From: Paraspadella gotoi
Lineage: Eukaryota > Animalia > Chaetognatha
NCBI GenBank assembly: GCA_051294375.1
Contig: CM119263.1
Span: forward strand, 2,596,989 to 2,660,988
Direction: 5' to 3'
DNA length: 64,000 bases
This document shows, piece by piece, positions 43,809 through 64,000 of the stretch. A program made the translations under genes and the position numbers. A model generated the notes under the pieces. It had not been told where the DNA came from, ran no database searches, and saw only the letters and a program-made list of their open reading frames with translations. The stretch's first letter is position 1. Each line of letters opens with the position of its first letter.

Positions 43809-45227
43809 TCCAAAGGGCGTTTTGGAATCCATGCTACAGAATTAGAATTCGCTGTCAACTTGTTAAGGGTATTTCATTAGTGAATCTTGGCTTTTTTGAA
43901 GACCTGTGCGAAACGACAGGGCCGTTTGGGACGGGGCGGGGCAGGGTGAGGGCAAAAAAGGTTGTGTAAAGGTAAGTTTCGTTTTGGGAACTATAATCAA
44001 TCAATGTAAATTGAATGTACTTATGTTGCGATTTGGCGTTGAATCTTCATTTCGAATTTCACGAGATTTTATTCGTATTTATTAATCTTTCAATTTTTCC
44101 GTAATCGGTTTAAGTCGCTTAGTAATTAGTTGCTTTTTCTAAGTGAATGTTTAGTTTTCTTCATAATATTTTCAATAATCTTTTTCTATTTTTTTTCGTC
44201 GGTATTTTTTTTATCATAATGGGTAATACGAAAATAGGGGGGGTTATTGAAATTTTGGTTCCTGCGACTTATTAATGAAATTGATGGGAGTCTAAAGACT
44301 TAAAAAAGGAATCGTATCCTAAACGCTTTGAATCTAGTTCCAATGGAACTTGAAAAATATCTTTTCTGTCAGTTCTCCTTAGTTATTTTGTCCACTGATC
44401 CATCTTCATTCCATGCTTTTCTCATGACCCAATTCGTTTTGACCCTGCAAACGACGTGAGCGGCAAAGATAGCTTTTTCCCAGTTTGCTCCTGATACTCA
44501 TTACTGTATGAACATATTTATAGCACAATTCGAAAATTAAGAGCAAATGTAAATACAGCCAACGAAATATTTTATTATGGCCCATGATTGCAGTTTATGC
44601 TATCTATATTGCAATTATACAAGAGACGAACCCGCATTCTTTACTTGTCTATATTCAACATTATTTCTGTAAAGGCGTTTTTAGGATGGATTACTGTAGT
44701 TTTGTGCGTGATATCTTCTTTCGTTCAACCTTTTGTTTTACTTAGTTTTAATGAATCTCTAAATAAGAACAAATTCACCTTCTTCGAAACTGAGAAGTCA
44801 GTTCTTCATATTGAGCTATTTTTTATAAAAATAGTCATAATATTGTAGAAGACTTAGTGAAAAATAATCGATTTTATTTTTCCTTGCTTAAATATTCAAC
44901 TTTTTTATCACCTAAACTGCAGCATCGTGAATTTATGTAAAGTTTTTAAACATACATCTTCAAACTAACGATTCTCATCTTGTAAAGTTCATAAAAATTT
45001 TATATTTGAAATACTTACTATGTAAGTTAGAATTATATCGAAATAAACTGTTTTTCCTCCCTCAATTTTATTAACTTTTGATATATTATACAGCAATTAT
45101 AAAAGCGGTGTAGTTTACATATAAGTCATGTAAATATCATTCATCGCGTAATATATTTACATATAGACACTGGATAAGATTGTAAAAAACAAAACGAAAT
45201 TTGTATTAACAGGGTTCCGAGGAAGTT

Positions 45228-45947
45228 TTATTCCAATCGAAGCCAGCAGAAAGCAAAAAACAAGATGGCGGCGAAATGCGGCCAAGATCGTCCCCATCCG
45301 ATTGCCGACGCTCCGTTGCATCCATCAGTTTTGCAATAGCACGTCTGCAAATGTTTTCGAACGAATCAATTTAGATACTTTTTGTTAAAAAATATCAAAA
45401 TTTTATCTTTGCTGTTTAGTTTTTATTTATTTATTTTTTTGGACCGACCTCCATTTCGACGTTTTCCATCGTGACGTATCTCCGGCAGCCAAAGGCGATT
45501 CCCCAATCCGCCTTTGTAGCACATCGACGTTCCTCCTCCCGCCAACCGGGAGAACCTACCGTGTCTTGAGATTTCCTTGTGATTTTGATACAGGATGTGC
45601 CTGAGAAAAAGGATTCATTAGATGAGCCAATAACTGAATAAATTATATAGAAGTAGCGAGGTGTTTTTTCATTTTCTAATCTTCGGCGATAACCTAACTT
45701 GTAACTCTTTAGACTGCTCAAGCGAGGCTCTGTCTACTGTATTACCTGGAATGTCACTTTCTCTCGGATCGTCGCAATTGACTACGGCGTTACGTTCCGT
45801 GTCGAACGCCCAGTCGGAGGGACAAGTGCCATCGTGTCTCGAGTGGCATTGATAGCAGAACACGGCGTCGGCCGATGGAAGTATAACAGCCACGAACAAA
45901 ATCCAAAAAGCCAACGCGCTTAATGTTCTATATTCGATTGATTTCAT
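45228..45947 (-). CDS. Ly6/uPAR three-finger protein (quiver/sleepless-like), probably GPI-anchored, 3 exons
   Basis: Signal peptide, 10 Cys from CYQC to TCYCKTDGCN, and a hydrophobic C-terminal signal. Confidence 0.85.
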
Positions 45948-46138
45948 CTATAAAAGTCGAGAAAGTTAGTAATATTTTTTCGTCGAACGCAAAGATTTAC
46001 ATTTATACAACAATATATACTATACAGCATTGTGTAGACAAAATAAATGTACATATTTACATGAAAAAAAAAATGGATCACGGGAATAGGGGGTCGAGAG
46101 TTGGTAAAAGTGTTTTAATTCTTTCAGTAAATGAAAAG

Positions 46139-60828
<14,690 letters not shown>

Positions 60829-61084
60829 CGTTAGAGGGCGTTTTTGTTATTGTTCCTTTAATATAAAACTGAGTTCAAATGTTTATTTATTACAAATTAG
60901 CCGTAGGTTTCGTCGTTGTTAATTAAACGAACGATTGTATGATATACAATGTATATATATTGTGTAACGATTAGCGCGAAATCTCACGTCAAAGAAGACG
61001 ACGCCATTTTTTCATCAAACGGGATTTTTTTCTTTTTTTCTTTCCGTTTAAATAAAAAGAAAGAGGAACCTGTTTTTTATCTTA

Positions 61085-61130
<46 letters not shown>

Positions 61131-61269
61131 CTTCGTTCTCCTGCCGCCGACCAAACCCTTTGGGTCAAACTTACCCAATCAAAATACGCGGTTCTGTCGA
61201 CAAAAGAGCATCGGCGAAGGTGAGGCGGCATCGTGATGACAAATCGGGAGCGAAGAAATTCGTTTCGAC

Positions 61270-61610
61270 ATTTTGATTGGACGAACGGGTTTTCTCCGTA
61301 AGAAACATCGTCGATTGGCTAATACTGGAACCTGACTCACCTTACCTCACCTGCTATCGGGGACCAACTCAATGCGCGGATTTATGACGATTGGTCGGTA
61401 GAAAGAGAGTCGGCCAATGAGAGAGCTATATTTTCGAAAAGAGTGAGTGTCTGCTGCAGCCGCCGCCGCCGACGCAGCAGGGTTTCAAGAACTCGAAAAA
61501 CAGGTTGGACGCGTTTGGTAAGTTGAGACTACGACGAAGAGACTTTATTCAGGTGAGGGAATCGATAGAGATTGGTGGTGAGTTAGAAATGAAGCTCGCT
61601 GATTGGTGGA
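61270..61610 (-). promoter_or_regulatory. Probable neuroglian promoter / non-coding first exon region
   Basis: Six CCAAT/ATTGG boxes, and stacked minus-strand donors CAG|GTGAG|GTAAG|GTGAGT near 61335-61353, upstream of the first coding exon. Confidence 0.45.
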
Positions 61611-61952
61611 TGCCGGCGAATGGGAATAAACATGGTGAACGTTGGTATAATACATACAAGTGGAACGGTAATGGTTATGAAAATAGTCCGTTTATGAATT
61701 ATTTAGACTTGACCATTAAAAATATTCTTATTAATTAAAAACTCGGCGTAAACCTGAACGGAAATTCTAATTTTTCATTGAAATGTCTTCACACGACTGT
61801 TTGCATATAAATGACGATTTCAGTCTTTTTCCGTTTTTCATTTTCATAAAAGCAAATAGAATATGTATATGGAAATATATTTTTCGTTCTTATTATTTTT
61901 TTTTTATTCAACTAAACTATTTTTTCGTATCGTATGTTGTCCTTTGATAGCA

Positions 61953-62119
61953 GCATCAAATGAAGAATTTGTTTTGGTCACAAGTAACCCTGTTAGCTGT
62001 TAGGCTGTTAGGTCTTAACTATGAGCCTTCTATGAAGGCTCACAGTTTAGCCGAAACAGTTTAATCGAAATAAAAACAAATTCGTTGTTTGTCAACAAAA
62101 CAAATTCTACATTTAAAGC
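61953..62119. mobile_element. Imperfect palindrome with a hammerhead-ribozyme remnant, likely a Penelope-like element fragment
   Basis: Inverted arms at 61953-61983/62089-62119 and 62017-62030/62034-62047. The right arm reads ATGA-AGGCT-cacagttt-AGCC-GAAAC, then AATAAA. Confidence 0.5.
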
Positions 62120-62357
62120 AAGTAAAATTTTCAAATCTCAACTTTAGGTTTTTCCTTTCTTTTTTATCTCAAACTTGAAAATTTTATTTTCCAAAATCGT
62201 ATTTTCTTCTTAGTTGATTAGATGATTTGTTCACGTCTTGAACATTTTCGATTTCCTGCTAAATCGCAACGCCTTTGAAATAGGAATTTTCTACTATAAT
62301 GGCATGTTCTCTTTTCTTAAGCTGTCTTTGATTTTCTTTTTTTTAATTGTATTTCTC

Positions 62358-62393
<36 letters not shown>

Positions 62394-62664
62394 AATTGAA
62401 TTGAATTGAATTGAATTGAACAGTACATGACCCTGACAGCAACTAGTACGTCTAAGAGGTCTTTTGTTTTTCGTTTAAAATACATGATACTCTGTAAAGC
62501 GTACTCTGTAAAGGCGATCATTCACTTAAATTCTCTGTTCATTTGTTTTCCAAACGTTTTCAAATCGTTCAATCAGCTAAGATGAGATACAATTTGGATT
62601 AAGTTACATTAATCAATGTAGAAACCTATTTAACAATGTCAGGGTGATTTGCAAAATAGAGACA

Positions 62665-64000
62665 ATTTTTTGTTTTTTGGTTTTTGGTTTTTTTTTTTTT
62701 TTTTTTTTTTTTAATTTTTTGTTTTTATTTTATTTTATTTTATTTTTTTTTTTATTTTTTTTTTTAAGCAAGTAACATACATTTGAAAATTCAAATAGAT
62801 TAAGGCTACATATAAATTCTTAAATTGTAAGAAAAACAGTAGAATAACAAATATCACAGGATAATTGTGAGATACTATGATTTCTTTCTAAAACAATCAT
62901 GCAAGGTTTCAAATCCGAGTTTTGTGGAAACGATTTCCAATGGAGAAACGTGGGTTTTTGTGTGCTCTCTTCATCAGATCTTCTGATGATGTCATCAAAC
63001 AGGTCATTTTTCCAACGATATTTAGGACCCTTTTCCGTGCTAAGTTGAAAAAGAGTTTCTGATAGATTGGATGTGTTGCTTGCATCAAGAACCAGTCGAT
63101 TAGCAGTATGGATGGTAGATCTAGGAATATTCTCATTGCTTGGATATGGAGTTTGTCTACTTTTTCCCATTGATGTTTTGTCATGTTAATCCAAGCAATG
63201 CTTGAATATTGGAAGATTGACACTGTGAGAGATTTGTACACAGTCATTACAATTTTGTGATTTTGTCACTTAGGTTCTTTGCCAGTTTTCGAATCATTAT
63301 GATTTTGGACCAAGCTTTAGAGATAAGTGAATCGATGTAGTTGCTCCAGCTTAGTTTTTCATCCATGTCAACACCAAGGAATTTCAGGGCTGGTTTCCTG
63401 ATGACGTAATCATCACCGATTTTGAGTTCATAAGATTCGTCATAGTGGTTTTGGCATCTACTGAACAAAGTGTTATTGATTTACCCTGTGATAATGTCAA
63501 TTCATTCACTACACCATTTTACGATTTTGTCTAGGATTGGTTGAAGCTTTTTGCTGCAATTTTGCCATTTACCGCTTGCCCACACTGTTGTGTCATCTGC
63601 ATATTTTGCACTCCTTACATTTTTTCCATGGAATGCAGGTAGGTCTTCAACGTAGAGAACAAAAAGGTCTGGGCTCAAGATACCACCTTGTGGTGCACCT
63701 TTCCCGAGCAACTTAGTTTCAGATTTCAATTCATCCTCAATGACGTTCATCATTCTCCCATTCAGATAGAATAAACCATTTTTATAATGTCTTCTGGAAA
63801 ACCTTTTTTTATCATTTTAATAATCAAGCCCTCATTCCACATCGAATTGAAGCCACTGAAAAGTCAAGAGCCACCGCTATGGTGCAATGTCTTCTTTTAA
63901 AGGCGTAGTGAATGTCTTCAGTCATGCGCAGGATATTTCCTGTGACGATCTCCCTTTCTTATACGCTGACTGGAAGATTGCTCATTGCTCCCGTCTCTCT
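62665..64000 (-). mobile_element. Decayed non-LTR retrotransposon (LINE), 3' part of the RT ORF plus poly(A) tail
   Basis: AVALDFS.., GAPQGGILSPDLF, KYADDT and KFLGVDMDEKLSW motifs interrupted by frameshifts. A-rich tail at about 62665-62765. The element runs off the window edge. Confidence 0.9.

Overview
Compact, intron-rich animal (invertebrate) genomic DNA. Most introns are 50-300 nt, there are abundant (GA)n/(CT)n, (GAC)n and (ATT)n microsatellites, and there are three N gaps. Genes reconstructed by hand, left to right: an ankyrin-repeat gene; an ~8 kb tandem duplication (2339-10326 / 10327-18247) carrying an orphan gene, a protein disulfide-isomerase and the 3' end of CFAP58; full CFAP58 head-to-head with a Vax homeobox gene; a secreted protein rich in basic cleavage sites; an aquaporin with NPT/NPS boxes; an orphan type-I membrane protein; CARM1; a Ly6/quiver-like gene; a neuroglian/L1-family gene hosting an intron-containing tRNA-Met; and a decayed LINE at the right edge. 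The most notable signals are: (1) an operon-like neuroglian to Ly6 arrangement, with a TACTAAC branch point and acceptor directly abutting the Ly6 ATG; (2) repeated tandem copies of exon ends with their splice sites inside introns; (3) an elongator tRNA-Met with a canonical 16-nt intron; (4) three GC-AG introns and several AAG/GAG acceptors; (5) a candidate new peptide precursor; (6) a palindrome centred on a Penelope-type hammerhead remnant. All exon structures are manual inferences without transcript data.
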